This document shows positions 55,291 to 64,000 of a stretch of DNA of 64,000 nucleotides, piece by piece. The DNA is from Candidatus Beckwithbacteria bacterium GW2011_GWC1_49_16. Its GTDB lineage: Bacteria; Patescibacteriota; Microgenomatia; UBA1400; CG1-02-47-37. Location of the stretch: assembly GCA_001029675.1 (NCBI GenBank), contig CP011210.1, forward strand, positions 193 through 64,192. Direction: 5' to 3'. The position numbers and the translations under genes are program-made. The notes under the pieces were generated by a model. That model made no database searches. It was not told where the DNA came from and saw only the letters and a list, made by a program, of their open reading frames with translations. Each line of letters starts with the position of its first letter. Position 1 is the first letter of the stretch.

Positions 55291-55686
55291 GTGTTTAGAA
55301 TTTCGCGCGAAACAGATTTAGGGTTGTTGCTAATGTCGGAACTAGCCCAAAATAGCGGGTCGGTAGGGCTTAAAGGCTGGGCGAAAGAAAAAGATTTGCC
55401 TTACCGGTTTTTGAGCAAAGTGGCGGTGAAACTCAAGAAAGCGGGGCTGATTGTCAGCCGGCAGGGGAGAAGCGGCGGCTACAAACTAGCCAAGACGGCG
55501 GAGACAATTTCGGCAGGAGAAGTAATTAGGGTGTTTGAGGGTAAGACGCTCCCGGTGGGGTGCATGAGGGGAAGAGACTGTGTGGCGGAAGGTTTTTGCG
55601 TCCACAAGGGGCTGATGGGCAGGGTAGCCAGCGTGGTTGATGACCGGCTTGACCAGGTGAGTTTGGCAGAATTGGTAAGGGGATAG
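55291..55686 (+). CDS. Rrf2-family transcriptional regulator (IscR/SufR-like), GTG start
   Basis: wHTH region RISRETDLGLLLMSELA...SRQGRSGGYKLAK plus three Cys (C...C..C). Confidence 0.78.
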   Translation: MFRISRETDLGLLLMSELAQNSGSVGLKGWAKEKDLPYRFLSKVAVKLKKAGLIVSRQGRSGGYKLAKTAETISAGEVIRVFEGKTLPVGCMRGRDCVAEGFCVHKGLMGRVASVVDDRLDQVSLAELVRG

Positions 55687-55690
55687 ATAA

Positions 55691-56440
55691 ATGTTGGTGA
55701 TCGAAAATCTCAAGGTTAAGGCAGAGGGCAAACTGATTCTTAGCGGGGTGAACCTGACGATTAAACCGGGTGAGGTGGTGGCAGTGATGGGGCCGAACGG
55801 GTCGGGTAAGAGCACGCTGGCGTATAGTTTGGCGGGGCACCCTAACTATACAGTAGTAAATTCGAAGCACGAAGCACGAAATCCGAAAGCGTTTTTGAAC
55901 GGGAAGAATCTGTTAAAGATGAGTCCGGACGAGCGGGCCAAGGCCGGGTTGTTTTTGGCCTTTCAGTATCCGGTGGGGGTGGCAGGGGTGACTTTAAACA
56001 GTTTTTTGAGGCTAGCTTTCGAACAGGTAAAAGGGAAGAAAATGGCTCCGTTTGAGTTTAGAAAAAAGCTTTTCAAGGCAGCCCGCGAGTTGAAAATTAA
56101 ACAAGAACTTTTGGAGCGATCGGTGAATGAGGGTTTTTCCGGAGGAGAGAAAAAGAAAGCGGAGGTGTTGCAGCTGGCTATCCTTGCTCCCAAGTACGCC
56201 ATTTTAGACGAGACCGATTCTGGTTTGGACATCGACGCTTTGAGACAGGTAGCCGAGGGAGTCAACCGGGTAAGGAATAAAAATCCCAAAATGGGAGTGA
56301 TTTTGATTACTCACTATCAAAGGATTTTAAAATACATTGAGCCTGACCGGGTGGTGGTGATCAAGGCGGGGAAAGTGGTTAAAGAGGGAGGGAGAGAATT
56401 GGTTAACCAGCTGGAGGAGAAAGGCTATGAAGGGATTTAA
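55691..56440 (+). CDS. sufC: Fe-S cluster assembly ATPase SufC
   Basis: Walker [18 protein letters not shown] and LDETDSGLD. It carries a 10-aa insertion [10 protein letters not shown]. Confidence 0.93.
   Translation: MLVIENLKVKAEGKLILSGVNLTIKPGEVVAVMGPNGSGKSTLAYSLAGHPNYTVVNSKHEARNPKAFLNGKNLLKMSPDERAKAGLFLAFQYPVGVAGVTLNSFLRLAFEQVKGKKMAPFEFRKKLFKAARELKIKQELLERSVNEGFSGGEKKKAEVLQLAILAPKYAILDETDSGLDIDALRQVAEGVNRVRNKNPKMGVILITHYQRILKYIEPDRVVVIKAGKVVKEGGRELVNQLEEKGYEGI
55861..55888. repeat. CGAA-heptad x4 element (ttcgaag cacgaag cacgaaa tccgaaa) inserted in frame in sufC
   Basis: Read directly from the sequence. Confidence 0.85.
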
Positions 56441-57815
56441 AACAGATTATCAGTTTGGGTTTCATGACCGGGTAAAGCCTCGGTTTAAAACCAAAAAAGG
56501 TTTAAGCGAACAGGTGGTCAGGGAGATTTCCGCCAAAAAAGATGAACCAAAATGGATGCTTGAGTTTAGGCTTAAGGCTTTGAAGGTGTTTGAAGCCAAG
56601 AAAATGCCGACCTGGGGGGCGGATTTGTCAAAGATCGATTTTAATGAGTTGACTTATTACTTGGAGCCAACCGAAAAGACAGAAAAAAGGTGGCAGGATG
56701 TGCCGAAAGATATTAAGAATACTTTTGATCGCTTGGGGATTCCGGAAGCAGAGAAAAAGTATTTGGCCGGAGTCAAAAGCCAGTACGACAGCCAGGTGGT
56801 CTATGGGTCGTTAAAAAAGGAACTAGCCGACAAAGGAGTGATTTTTTTAGGATTTGACGAGGCGGTGCAAAAATACCCACGCCTGGTGAAAAAATATCTT
56901 GGTACGGTCATACCCATCGGTGACAACAAATTTGCCGCTTTAAACAGCGCGGTCTGGTCGGGAGGCAGTTTTGTCTACGTGCCGGCCCGAGTTAAGGTAG
57001 ACAAGCCTTTGCAAGCTTATTTCAGGATTAACGAGCCCCAGTTTGGCCAGTTTGAGCGGACGCTGATTATTGCCGAGGAGGATTCCTCGGTTCACTACGG
57101 GGAGGGCTGCACCGCCCCTGCGTTTTCTGAAGGATCGCTTCACGCGGCGGTAGTGGAGATTATCGTCAAAAAACGCGCCCGGGTGCAGTACACCACGGTG
57201 CAAAACTGGTACAAAAACGTTTATAATCTGGTGACCAAAAGGGCCTGGGTGGGGGAGCGGGGGGAGATGATTTGGACCGATGCTAATTTGGGAGCAAGAG
57301 TGACGATGAAGTATCCGTCGTTTATCCTCGCCGAAGAGGGAGCCAGGGGGGAGACGTTGTCGGTGGCTTTGGCCGGCGAGGGGCAGCATCAGGACGTGGG
57401 CAGCAAAGCGACTCATTTGGCGCCAGACACCCGTAGCATCATTGTGTCTAAATCCATCAGCCTCAACGGCGGCAGGAGCACCTACCGGGGTCTGGTCAAT
57501 GTGGCCCGGGGGGCTAAGGGAGCCAAGTCCAAGGTTATCTGCGACGCTTTGATTTTGGATCCCAAATCGAGAACCGATACTTACCCGACCAACAAGATTT
57601 TTGAAAAGGAAGTGACGCTTGAGCACGAAGCGACGGTGTCAAAAGTGGGGGAGGAGCAACTGTTTTATCTCACTAGCCGGGGCTTGAGCCAAACCCAAGC
57701 TATGGGGATGGTGGTCAATGGTTTTATCGAGCCGGTGGTGAAGAAACTGCCAATGGAGTATGCGGTGGAGATGAACCGGCTGATTGATTTAGAGATGGAA
57801 GGGTCGGTGGGATGA
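56427..57815 (+). CDS. sufB: Fe-S cluster assembly scaffold SufB
   Basis: Full-length SufB similarity. Confidence 0.93.
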   Translation: MKGFKTDYQFGFHDRVKPRFKTKKGLSEQVVREISAKKDEPKWMLEFRLKALKVFEAKKMPTWGADLSKIDFNELTYYLEPTEKTEKRWQDVPKDIKNTFDRLGIPEAEKKYLAGVKSQYDSQVVYGSLKKELADKGVIFLGFDEAVQKYPRLVKKYLGTVIPIGDNKFAALNSAVWSGGSFVYVPARVKVDKPLQAYFRINEPQFGQFERTLIIAEEDSSVHYGEGCTAPAFSEGSLHAAVVEIIVKKRARVQYTTVQNWYKNVYNLVTKRAWVGERGEMIWTDANLGARVTMKYPSFILAEEGARGETLSVALAGEGQHQDVGSKATHLAPDTRSIIVSKSISLNGGRSTYRGLVNVARGAKGAKSKVICDALILDPKSRTDTYPTNKIFEKEVTLEHEATVSKVGEEQLFYLTSRGLSQTQAMGMVVNGFIEPVVKKLPMEYAVEMNRLIDLEMEGSVG

Positions 57816-58396
57816 AGTGGCGGTTGATAGATAAACCAGGGAAGCATGTGGTCAGCTCGGGAAAAGACCAGCAGGTAGGGATAGTTCTACTGGTAGATAA
57901 AGGGGGAGAATACGGCGTGACGGTGGAGTTAGTTGGCGCGGGGGCGAAAGCGCTTATGTTGGGGTTGGTGGTAGGCCGCGGTCGGGAATGGATTAATTTA
58001 AGCACCGAGACGGTGCACCAGGTGGCCAACACCCATGCGGAAACGATGATTCACGGGGTGATGTTTGATCAAGCCACGGCCAATATTTCCGGGCTGATAA
58101 AGATTGTCAAAAGAGCCCAGACGGTGACAGATTTTTTGACGGAAAGAATACTCCTTTTATCTCCTTCTGCCCAGGCGATAGCCGAGCCGGCACTGGAGAT
58201 TGAGGCAGACGAGGTCAGGGCGTCGCACGCGGCGACCGTGGCGCCGGTAGACGAGAACCAGGTATTTTATCTAACCAGCCGGGGCTTGAGCCAGAATCAG
58301 GCAGAGAGCCAGATGGTTAAGGGGTTTTTGGGAGTGGTAGTTAATAAAATCGAAGATGATAAAATACGGCATCAGGTATTAAAAAGGATATGTTAG
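57812..58396 (+). CDS. sufD: SufD-like protein (short form)
   Basis: Its C-terminus [27 protein letters not shown] parallels the SufB C-terminus. Confidence 0.7.
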   Translation: MKWRLIDKPGKHVVSSGKDQQVGIVLLVDKGGEYGVTVELVGAGAKALMLGLVVGRGREWINLSTETVHQVANTHAETMIHGVMFDQATANISGLIKIVKRAQTVTDFLTERILLLSPSAQAIAEPALEIEADEVRASHAATVAPVDENQVFYLTSRGLSQNQAESQMVKGFLGVVVNKIEDDKIRHQVLKRIC

Positions 58397-59610
58397 ATGT
58401 CAATAAGATCAAAAAAGATTTTCCGATTTTAAGCCGTAAGGTTAACGGCAAGCGGTTGGTGTATTTGGATAACGCGGCTACGAGTCAAAAACCAAAAGCC
58501 GTAATAGAAGCAGAGGTTGAGTTTTATCGCCGGCATAACGCCAATGTCCACCGGGGGCTTCATAGTTTAAGTGAAGCAGCGACCGTTATCTATGAGGAGG
58601 CTCGAAAGACGGTGGCCGGGTTTATCGGGGGCGAGGCCGACGAGTTGGTGTTTGTCAGAAACGCCACCGAAGGGTTGAACTTAGTCGCCTGGGCGTGGGC
58701 GGCGGCGAGTTTAAAAAGGGGTGACGAGATTTTAACCAGCGTGATCGAGCACCATAGCAACTTGATCCCCTGGCAAAGGTTGAGCCGGGCCAAGGGGTTA
58801 AAGCTGGTGGTGGCGGGGGTGGCCGAAAACGGGGTTTTGGATATGGCGGATTTTGCCAATAAATTGACTAGAAAAACTAAGCTGGTGGCGATCGGCCACA
58901 TGTCTAACACCACCGGAGCGATTAACCCGGTGGCAAAAATTGTCAAAATGGCCAAGAGAGTTAGGGCGAGAGTGGCAGTGGACGCAGCCCAGAGCGTGCC
59001 GCACCTTAAAGTCAATTTCAAGGACTTGGGAGTGGATTTTTTGGCTTTTTCCGGCCACAAAATGCTCGGGCCGATGGGAATTGGGGGAGTCTTAATCAAA
59101 AAAGAGCGCCAAGAAGAAATGGAGCCGTTTCTGACCGGGGGAGGGATGATCTCGGAAGTTTGGCCGCAGAGGGCGACCTGGGCGGCGGGGGTGGAGAAGT
59201 TTGAGGCGGGGACGCCCAATGTCGCCGGGGCAGTGGGGTTGGCGGCGGCCGTGGAGTATTTGACCAAGCTTGGTATGGCGAGGGTTTATGAGCATGAAAA
59301 GAAAATGGTGGCTTATGCGTTGAAGAGACTTGGTGAGATTGAGGGGTTGAGGGTAATCGGGCCCAAAACCACAGAGAGTAGAGGAGGAGTAATCAGTTTT
59401 GTGATGGAGGGAGTGCACGCCCACGACATTGCCCAGGTGCTTTCCAGTGAGGGGGTGGCGGTTCGATCCGGCCACCATTGCACCATGCCGCTTCATAAAC
59501 GTTTGAAACTGGCGGCCACCACCCGAGCCAGTTTTTACATCTATAACGATAAAAAAGACGTCGATGCTTTGATAGATGGATTGAAAAAAGTGAAAAACGT
59601 TTTCACTTAA
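58390..59610 (+). CDS. sufS: Cysteine desulfurase SufS
   Basis: PLP-Lys region SGHKMLGP and active-site RSGHHC. Confidence 0.93.
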   Translation: MLDVNKIKKDFPILSRKVNGKRLVYLDNAATSQKPKAVIEAEVEFYRRHNANVHRGLHSLSEAATVIYEEARKTVAGFIGGEADELVFVRNATEGLNLVAWAWAAASLKRGDEILTSVIEHHSNLIPWQRLSRAKGLKLVVAGVAENGVLDMADFANKLTRKTKLVAIGHMSNTTGAINPVAKIVKMAKRVRARVAVDAAQSVPHLKVNFKDLGVDFLAFSGHKMLGPMGIGGVLIKKERQEEMEPFLTGGGMISEVWPQRATWAAGVEKFEAGTPNVAGAVGLAAAVEYLTKLGMARVYEHEKKMVAYALKRLGEIEGLRVIGPKTTESRGGVISFVMEGVHAHDIAQVLSSEGVAVRSGHHCTMPLHKRLKLAATTRASFYIYNDKKDVDALIDGLKKVKNVFT

Positions 59611-59616
59611 CAGGAT

Positions 59617-59991
59617 ATGGACATATATAGAGAAGAGATTTTAGATCATTACAAAAATCCGAGGAATTTCGGCCCCACTTCGCTTAAAGCTTCGCGGGGT
59701 GAACGGGTTTTTAAAGCCAGAGAAACCAATGCTTCCTGCGGCGACGTCATGGAGATGGCGGTGGTGCTAAAGGGAGGAAGGCTCTCGGCGATAAAATTTG
59801 AGGGCGAAGGCTGTGCTGTTTCCATGGCGGCCGCCAGCATGTTGACGGAAAAGGTGAAAGGCAAGAAGGTGGCCGAAGCAGAGAAAATGACTGATGATGA
59901 AATGATCGGTTTATTAAAAATCGAGGTCGGCCCGACCAGAAGAAAGTGTGCTACACTGGGCTTGGTATGTCTAAGAAAAGCTCTACCATAA
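59617..59991 (+). CDS. sufU: SufU/IscU-type sulfur-transfer/scaffold protein
   Basis: NASCGDVM...GEGCAVS...KCATL; three Cys in a SufU-like spacing. Confidence 0.85.
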   Translation: MDIYREEILDHYKNPRNFGPTSLKASRGERVFKARETNASCGDVMEMAVVLKGGRLSAIKFEGEGCAVSMAAASMLTEKVKGKKVAEAEKMTDDEMIGLLKIEVGPTRRKCATLGLVCLRKALP

Positions 59992-60194
59992 TTGACCGGC
60001 ACATGAATCTGGGGGAACTAGCGGCAAGCTTTCCTGATGTGGCTGAAGTGTTGAACCGCGATTATGGTCTTCACTGCATCGGCTGTTTTGCTTCCGGGTT
60101 TGATACTTTAGAGATGGGGGCCAAGGTCCACGGCTACGATGACCACGACATCGACAAGATGGTTAAACGCTTAAACTCCTTGGTTGGGAAATAA
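59967..60194 (+). CDS. DUF1858 family protein (hybrid-cluster-protein-associated redox disulfide protein)
   Basis: TIIDRHMNLGELAASFPDVAEVL...CIGC. Start taken at MSKK (59967). Confidence 0.6.
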   Translation: MSKKSSTIIDRHMNLGELAASFPDVAEVLNRDYGLHCIGCFASGFDTLEMGAKVHGYDDHDIDKMVKRLNSLVGK

Positions 60195-60915
60195 ACTCTG
60201 CCGCTTGACTGGTGGCCCGCTTCATTGACAGGGGAATATTTTTAGTTTTGAGGTAATGGAGAACGAAGCTGGCGATATAAACGTCGCCGGCACCGGTGGT
60301 GTCTTGGGTTTTAACTGGCGGTGCCGGGGAGAAAAACTGCCTACCCTGATAAACCACGCGGCTGCCCTGGGAGCCGAGGGTGGTTAAGACCAGGGGGTGG
60401 TGTTTAATGGTGAGGTGGCGACTGGTAATGACCAAGTCAAAAGCTGAGGCAAATTTGTCAACGGCGGCGTTACTAAAGGTGTAAGGAGTATGGCCGTCAA
60501 AGTCGATGGCTGTAAATGGTGATGCGGGCAGGGTCATCAGCTGCTTAATGGGTTTGAACCCGGTGGTGATAAGCGCGTCTTGGCTTTGGGGAAAGCCGCC
60601 GGGTCGAAAATTTTTCAACCCTTCCAGTTTCCAGGCGGAAAACCGGGCTCTTTTTTGCCGGTCGAGGGTGATATTAATATGGCTGGTTGGGCCGGGAATG
60701 ACCGATAGCCAGGTGATATTAATTTTTAGTTTACGGCAAATGTCTAAATATTTTTTGCCCCAGGTATCGTTGCCGACTGCTGAGACTAAACTGACGCGAA
60801 CATCGTTTTGAGCCAGCCAGACGGCTCGGTTGAAGGCGGTTCCTCCCAGAAAGTGCTTCTTTTGTTGGGGATAAACATCGACGACGCAGTCGCCGATCGA
60901 GGCAATCTTGACCAT
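60163..60915 (-). CDS. PfkB-family carbohydrate kinase (ribokinase-like)
   Basis: N-terminal GG motif (IGDCVVD...GGTAFN) and C-terminal DTTGAGDVY. Confidence 0.78.
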   Translation of the reverse strand: MVKIASIGDCVVDVYPQQKKHFLGGTAFNRAVWLAQNDVRVSLVSAVGNDTWGKKYLDICRKLKINITWLSVIPGPTSHINITLDRQKRARFSAWKLEGLKNFRPGGFPQSQDALITTGFKPIKQLMTLPASPFTAIDFDGHTPYTFSNAAVDKFASAFDLVITSRHLTIKHHPLVLTTLGSQGSRVVYQGRQFFSPAPPVKTQDTTGAGDVYIASFVLHYLKTKNIPLSMKRATSQAAEFISQPRSLSV

Positions 60916-60948
60916 GGCTAGGGTATAATACCACGCTGCGGGAGAAAT

Positions 60949-61611
60949 ATGACTTCAGTTGGCAGAAAACCAGAAATCGGCGTTAGCGGCTCTTCCAGCC
61001 AAGAAGCGGTGGACTTGGTCAGGCGTCTTTTGGGAGAGAGGCTGCCGCGGCGGGGCGAGTTTGAGCCGATCCGGCCCAAGCCAGAGTATTTTTTAAACGG
61101 TGGCGTCAAAGATCACTGGGCGCCGCATTTCACTCGAGTTCCGGTTATAGCCCTGAATGAAGCCAGAACCTGGCAAGCCCTAGTACCGTCTTTGGTCATC
61201 GACCAAGCAGTGGTGATTTGGTCAGGAGCACTCCATGATACCCAAAGATTGGGTGTCATCGACGACCCGGATCACGGTGAGCGGGCCGCCCAGTGGGTCA
61301 AAGCCAAACTCGACGGCAAACTCAACCTCGACCAGCTTTATAAGGTGATGAGAATTTGTCGATTCCACTCGGTTAACGGGGTCAACCAAGACTTAGGCCC
61401 GGAAGCGGCCGTAGTCAGGGAGGCCGATCGGCTTGACAGGCAAAGGCTGGATGATTTTAACCCCGGGAGGTTAAAACTGCCGTTTTCCGAGCCTTTCATT
61501 GCCATCGCCAGAGACTTGATTGATCTCACCGACAGGTCTTATTCAAGCGTAGACGAGGCTTTTGATCGGGTTTTAGACGCAGGGGTGGCTTTGGGTATAA
61601 TTAGGTCATGA
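60949..61611 (+). CDS. HD-domain phosphohydrolase (probable)
   Basis: H...HD...D spacing (ALHDTQRLGVIDDPDHGERAA ... RFHSVNG ... EADRLD). Confidence 0.5.
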   Translation: MTSVGRKPEIGVSGSSSQEAVDLVRRLLGERLPRRGEFEPIRPKPEYFLNGGVKDHWAPHFTRVPVIALNEARTWQALVPSLVIDQAVVIWSGALHDTQRLGVIDDPDHGERAAQWVKAKLDGKLNLDQLYKVMRICRFHSVNGVNQDLGPEAAVVREADRLDRQRLDDFNPGRLKLPFSEPFIAIARDLIDLTDRSYSSVDEAFDRVLDAGVALGIIRS

Positions 61612-62273
61612 CCAAACCCCAAGAATTTCTCGGCCGGGTGAGCCGAGTGGAGCTGACAGGCCATTTTAGGTTCTTTAAAGTTAAGCTGGTTGAGCCCAAA
61701 AACTTAGATTTTAGCGCCGGCCAGTTTTTGTCTGTGGCCATCGGCGGCGGCCAGAGGCGGGCTTATTCGATCGCTTCGCCGCCGAGAGATTCGAGACTTG
61801 ATTTGGTGGTGGATTTGTCGCCAGGGAGAGCGGGGTCAAAGTTTATGGCTGGGTTGAAACAGGGGGATGAGATTAGCTTTTTGGCGCCTTTGGGGCGGTT
61901 CGTGGTGGAAAACGAGGCAAAGCTTTTGTTTGTGGCCACGACCTCGGGTATAGCCCCGATAAGAAGCATGGTGCTTGATTTGCTTAATCAAAACGACCCA
62001 AGGTCGACCTATCTTTATTGGTATGTGCGGCAAGCCGATGCTGCGGCGTTTCAGGATTGGGACCGCGAGTTTGAGCAAAAAGTCAAGGCTAGAGTGGGGT
62101 TTTACTACCGGCTGGTTAAAAGCGGCGGGCAAGAGAGTTGGCCTGACGGGGGCAGGAACTTAGAAAAGATAAAAACCTTAGGCGGGGATAAAAACCGGGG
62201 AGTGTATCTTTGCGGCAGTCAAAAGATGCTGGCGGGTTTTCCCCAGAGTCGGGTTCATGTAGAGCGTTTTTGA
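61608..62273 (+). CDS. FNR-family FAD/NAD(P)-binding oxidoreductase (ferredoxin-NAD(P)+ reductase-like)
   Basis: FAD motif RAYSIAS, a GSKFM region and the NAD-binding LFVATTSGIAP. Confidence 0.78.
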   Translation: MTKPQEFLGRVSRVELTGHFRFFKVKLVEPKNLDFSAGQFLSVAIGGGQRRAYSIASPPRDSRLDLVVDLSPGRAGSKFMAGLKQGDEISFLAPLGRFVVENEAKLLFVATTSGIAPIRSMVLDLLNQNDPRSTYLYWYVRQADAAAFQDWDREFEQKVKARVGFYYRLVKSGGQESWPDGGRNLEKIKTLGGDKNRGVYLCGSQKMLAGFPQSRVHVERF

Positions 62274-62296
62274 GCCAACGTGTTATATTGAAGGAC

Positions 62297-62998
62297 ATGC
62301 AAAAGCCCCAACAGTTTACCGGCAAGGTGGCAGAACACATCTTGATCAACAATAAATTTCAGTACCTGCATATTGAGCTGACTCATCCTTTCAGGCTCGA
62401 GTTTGAGGCGGGCCAGTACGTTTCTTTTGCCATCGGCGGGGGAGAAAGAAGGAGTTATTCGATTGCTTCTGAACCGCAGATAGACAGCAGTATCGAGGTT
62501 TGCGTCGACGTTACCCCGGAGGGTAAGGGTTCAAGTTTTTTGAAAAGCTTAAAACCGGGCGATGAGGTTAGCTTTTTGGCGCCTTTGGGAAAGTTTAAGG
62601 TAGAAGACGAGTCCAAGTTGTTGTTTGTGGCAACCGGCTCGGGGATTACGCCGGTGAGAAGCATGATTTTGGATTTACTGGAGTATAAAAAAGACCCAAG
62701 GCAAATCCAGCTTCACTGGGGGTTGCGGCACGTCGATGACATGTTTTGGGTCGAGCACTTTCGCAAATTCCATGAGTACTACGATAACTTTACCTTTCAC
62801 CTGACTTTGAGCCAGCCGCCGGAGCACTGGCCCTTGTGCGCCGGCTATGTGACCGATTGCGTCAGAGACGAGCTGACGTTGGATTCAAGCTGGGGGGTGT
62901 ATCTTTGCGGCAATAAATTTATGATCGATGACGCCACCAAGCTGGTAACCAAAATGGGCGTACCCCCAGAGCAGATTCACACGGAGAAATTCTTTTAA
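62297..62998 (+). CDS. FNR-family FAD/NAD(P)-binding oxidoreductase, tandem paralog
   Basis: RSYSIAS, GKGSSFL, LFVATGSGITP. Start taken at MQKPQQF (62297). Confidence 0.78.
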   Translation: MQKPQQFTGKVAEHILINNKFQYLHIELTHPFRLEFEAGQYVSFAIGGGERRSYSIASEPQIDSSIEVCVDVTPEGKGSSFLKSLKPGDEVSFLAPLGKFKVEDESKLLFVATGSGITPVRSMILDLLEYKKDPRQIQLHWGLRHVDDMFWVEHFRKFHEYYDNFTFHLTLSQPPEHWPLCAGYVTDCVRDELTLDSSWGVYLCGNKFMIDDATKLVTKMGVPPEQIHTEKFF

Positions 62999-63000
62999 TT

Positions 63001-63028
63001 TACAATTTACAATTTACAATTTACAATT
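63001..63028. repeat. Exact heptad tandem repeat (TACAATT)x4 in the intergenic region upstream of the ferredoxin gene
   Basis: Read directly from the sequence; each unit resembles a -10 hexamer (TACAAT). Confidence 0.9.
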
Positions 63029-63034
63029 ACTATC

Positions 63035-63262
63035 ATGGCTAAATACAAGATCAAGATTTTGCGGGATAAGTGTATCGGGGCGGCGTCTTGCGTCGGGTTG
63101 GCGCCGGGAGCGTACCAGCTTGATGACGAAAACATCGCTTATGTGGTATCAGAGGAGGGAGACACACCGGAAAATATTCTCTTGGGGGCGCAGAGTTGTC
63201 CGACCAATGCCATCGAGATTTACGACGCGGAAACTGGTGAAAAGGTGTGGCCCAAGGAATAG
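63035..63262 (+). CDS. Small ferredoxin (single [4Fe-4S]/[3Fe-4S] cluster, Pyrococcus-Fd-like)
   Basis: CIGAASCVGLAP ... AQSCPTNAIEI. Confidence 0.8.
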   Translation: MAKYKIKILRDKCIGAASCVGLAPGAYQLDDENIAYVVSEEGDTPENILLGAQSCPTNAIEIYDAETGEKVWPKE

Positions 63263-63349
63263 CCTTGACAGAACAGAGGAAAGTGCGCTAGGCTACCTCT
63301 GTAATAGCAAATAGCTGCCCGAGATTAAAATTTAAAGGAGGTGAATAGA

Positions 63350-63547
63350 ATGGCTTATTCATACAAGAACTCGAAGGGCGTGACTTATTATCTTCACTAC
63401 AAGGACGTGACCTTGCGTGGAGGTAAGAAGCAAAGGATTTACTTCTTTGCCCGAGATGTGCGAAGCGGTGCTCTTGACGACCTGCCTAGTGGTTACGAGG
63501 TGATGGAAACCAAGAGAACTGGTATGCCTGTCTTAAAGAAAGCGTAA
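63350..63547 (+). CDS. Small hypothetical protein (65 aa)
   Basis: An AGGAGG Shine-Dalgarno motif 8 nt before the ATG at 63350, and a strong intrinsic terminator downstream. Confidence 0.45.
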   Translation: MAYSYKNSKGVTYYLHYKDVTLRGGKKQRIYFFARDVRSGALDDLPSGYEVMETKRTGMPVLKKA

Positions 63548-63597
63548 TTGAGGAACTAGGCAATAGCTTCTAGCTCCTAGATAAAGCTTAGAGAAAA

Positions 63598-63627
63598 CCA
63601 GCTTCAGTGTTGGAGCTGGTTTTTTTG
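63598..63627 (+). terminator. Intrinsic terminator (CCAGCTTCA-gtgt-TGGAGCTGG plus T8)
   Basis: Hairpin plus T-run, read directly. Confidence 0.6.
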
Positions 63628-63652
63628 GACCTCTCGTGTTAGATTAGGGACA

Positions 63653-64000
63653 ATGAGGCGAGTAAATAACAAGTTGGTGTCCGTGGGTTTAGCGGTAACG
63701 GCGGTAGTCTTGGGATTGGTTTGGTGGCAGGGTCAACAGGGTAAAGAGACAGTAGCGCCGGAGATGACCCTGGAAAGATCGAAGATGATGGAGAGTGAGG
63801 TTGACCTTGAGGCGCCGATGAGTGAGAGTCAAAAACAAAAGATTGAGGCGGAGCTTGAGAGTGCGGCCGAGACGGCGGTTTTGGATGATGTCAGCGGGGG
63901 GCAGGCGACAGGGACAGCCTGGAGGAAGTTTAGTGATAATTTCTATCACCAAGTGGAAACCACGGGCTTGCCGTCTTTAGAGAAGGGGTTTTTTTACGAG
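63653..64000 (+). CDS. Signal-anchored hypothetical protein, 3'-truncated at the window end
   Basis: MRRVNNKLVSVGLAVTAVVLGLVWW..., open to position 64000. Not in the ORF track because it has no stop. Confidence 0.4.
   Translation, partial: MRRVNNKLVSVGLAVTAVVLGLVWWQGQQGKETVAPEMTLERSKMMESEVDLEAPMSESQKQKIEAELESAAETAVLDDVSGGQATGTAWRKFSDNFYHQVETTGLPSLEKGFFYE

Noticed and set aside
63689-63952. Minus-strand 87-aa ORF at the window end
   Set aside because: Arg/Leu/Pro-rich, and antisense to a plus-strand ORF with a convincing signal-anchor that is open to the window edge.

Overview
This is a 64 kb chromosomal window of about 50% GC. The gene content suggests a reduced-genome, Patescibacteria (CPR)-like bacterium: many small membrane or secreted proteins, TrbC/VirB2-like pilins, and a type IV pilus/competence apparatus. 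Metabolism looks fermentative, with class I aldolase, GlpX, PGK and a group-3 [NiFe]-hydrogenase. The family names are my recognition of motifs in the supplied translations, not search results.

Layout from left to right:
- A truncated Cys-rich secreted protein, uppS, and two TrbC/VirB2-like pilin genes.
- An apparent operon of a SpoIID-like protein, a bPH membrane protein and smpB, followed by a tmRNA (ssrA) that I found by eye. It has a 5' GGGGAUG acceptor end with G3:U70, a tRNA-like 3' end and a tag reading frame.
- comF, a fused archaeal-type PPAT/DUF359 (dephospho-CoA kinase-like) gene, and a tRNA cluster of four Ser and two Arg tRNAs interleaved with small genes.
- dnaG and rpoD, then tRNA-Asn followed by an AT-rich islet carrying a GNAT, a MazG-like protein and a P-loop kinase.
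- An ABC exporter and an ECF sigma/anti-sigma pair.
- A TSUP-hydrolase fusion, a CotH-like protein, a TreT-like glycosyltransferase and a ZIP transporter.
- A VKOR plus thioredoxin-like disulfide module.
- A complete type IV pilus cluster: pilB, pilC, three pseudopilins, a PilX-like protein, a pilM-N fusion, a pilO-like gene and pilA.
- sod.
- A hydrogenase maturation protease with the [NiFe]-hydrogenase large and small subunits.
- glpX, a class I fba, an orphan AT-rich thiG and pgk.
- An rrf2-sufCBD-sufS-sufU operon with a DUF1858 gene and a PfkB kinase.
- Two tandem FNR-like oxidoreductases and a ferredoxin.

The most unusual signal is a family of 28-30 nt elements made of four tandem heptads with a CGAA core (YNCGAAR). 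They sit in frame inside four unrelated coding sequences: sufC, a pilin leader peptide, a Nudix gene and uppS. An exact heptad x4 (TACAATT) also occurs in an intergenic region.

I saw no CRISPR array, transposase, integrase or reverse transcriptase.
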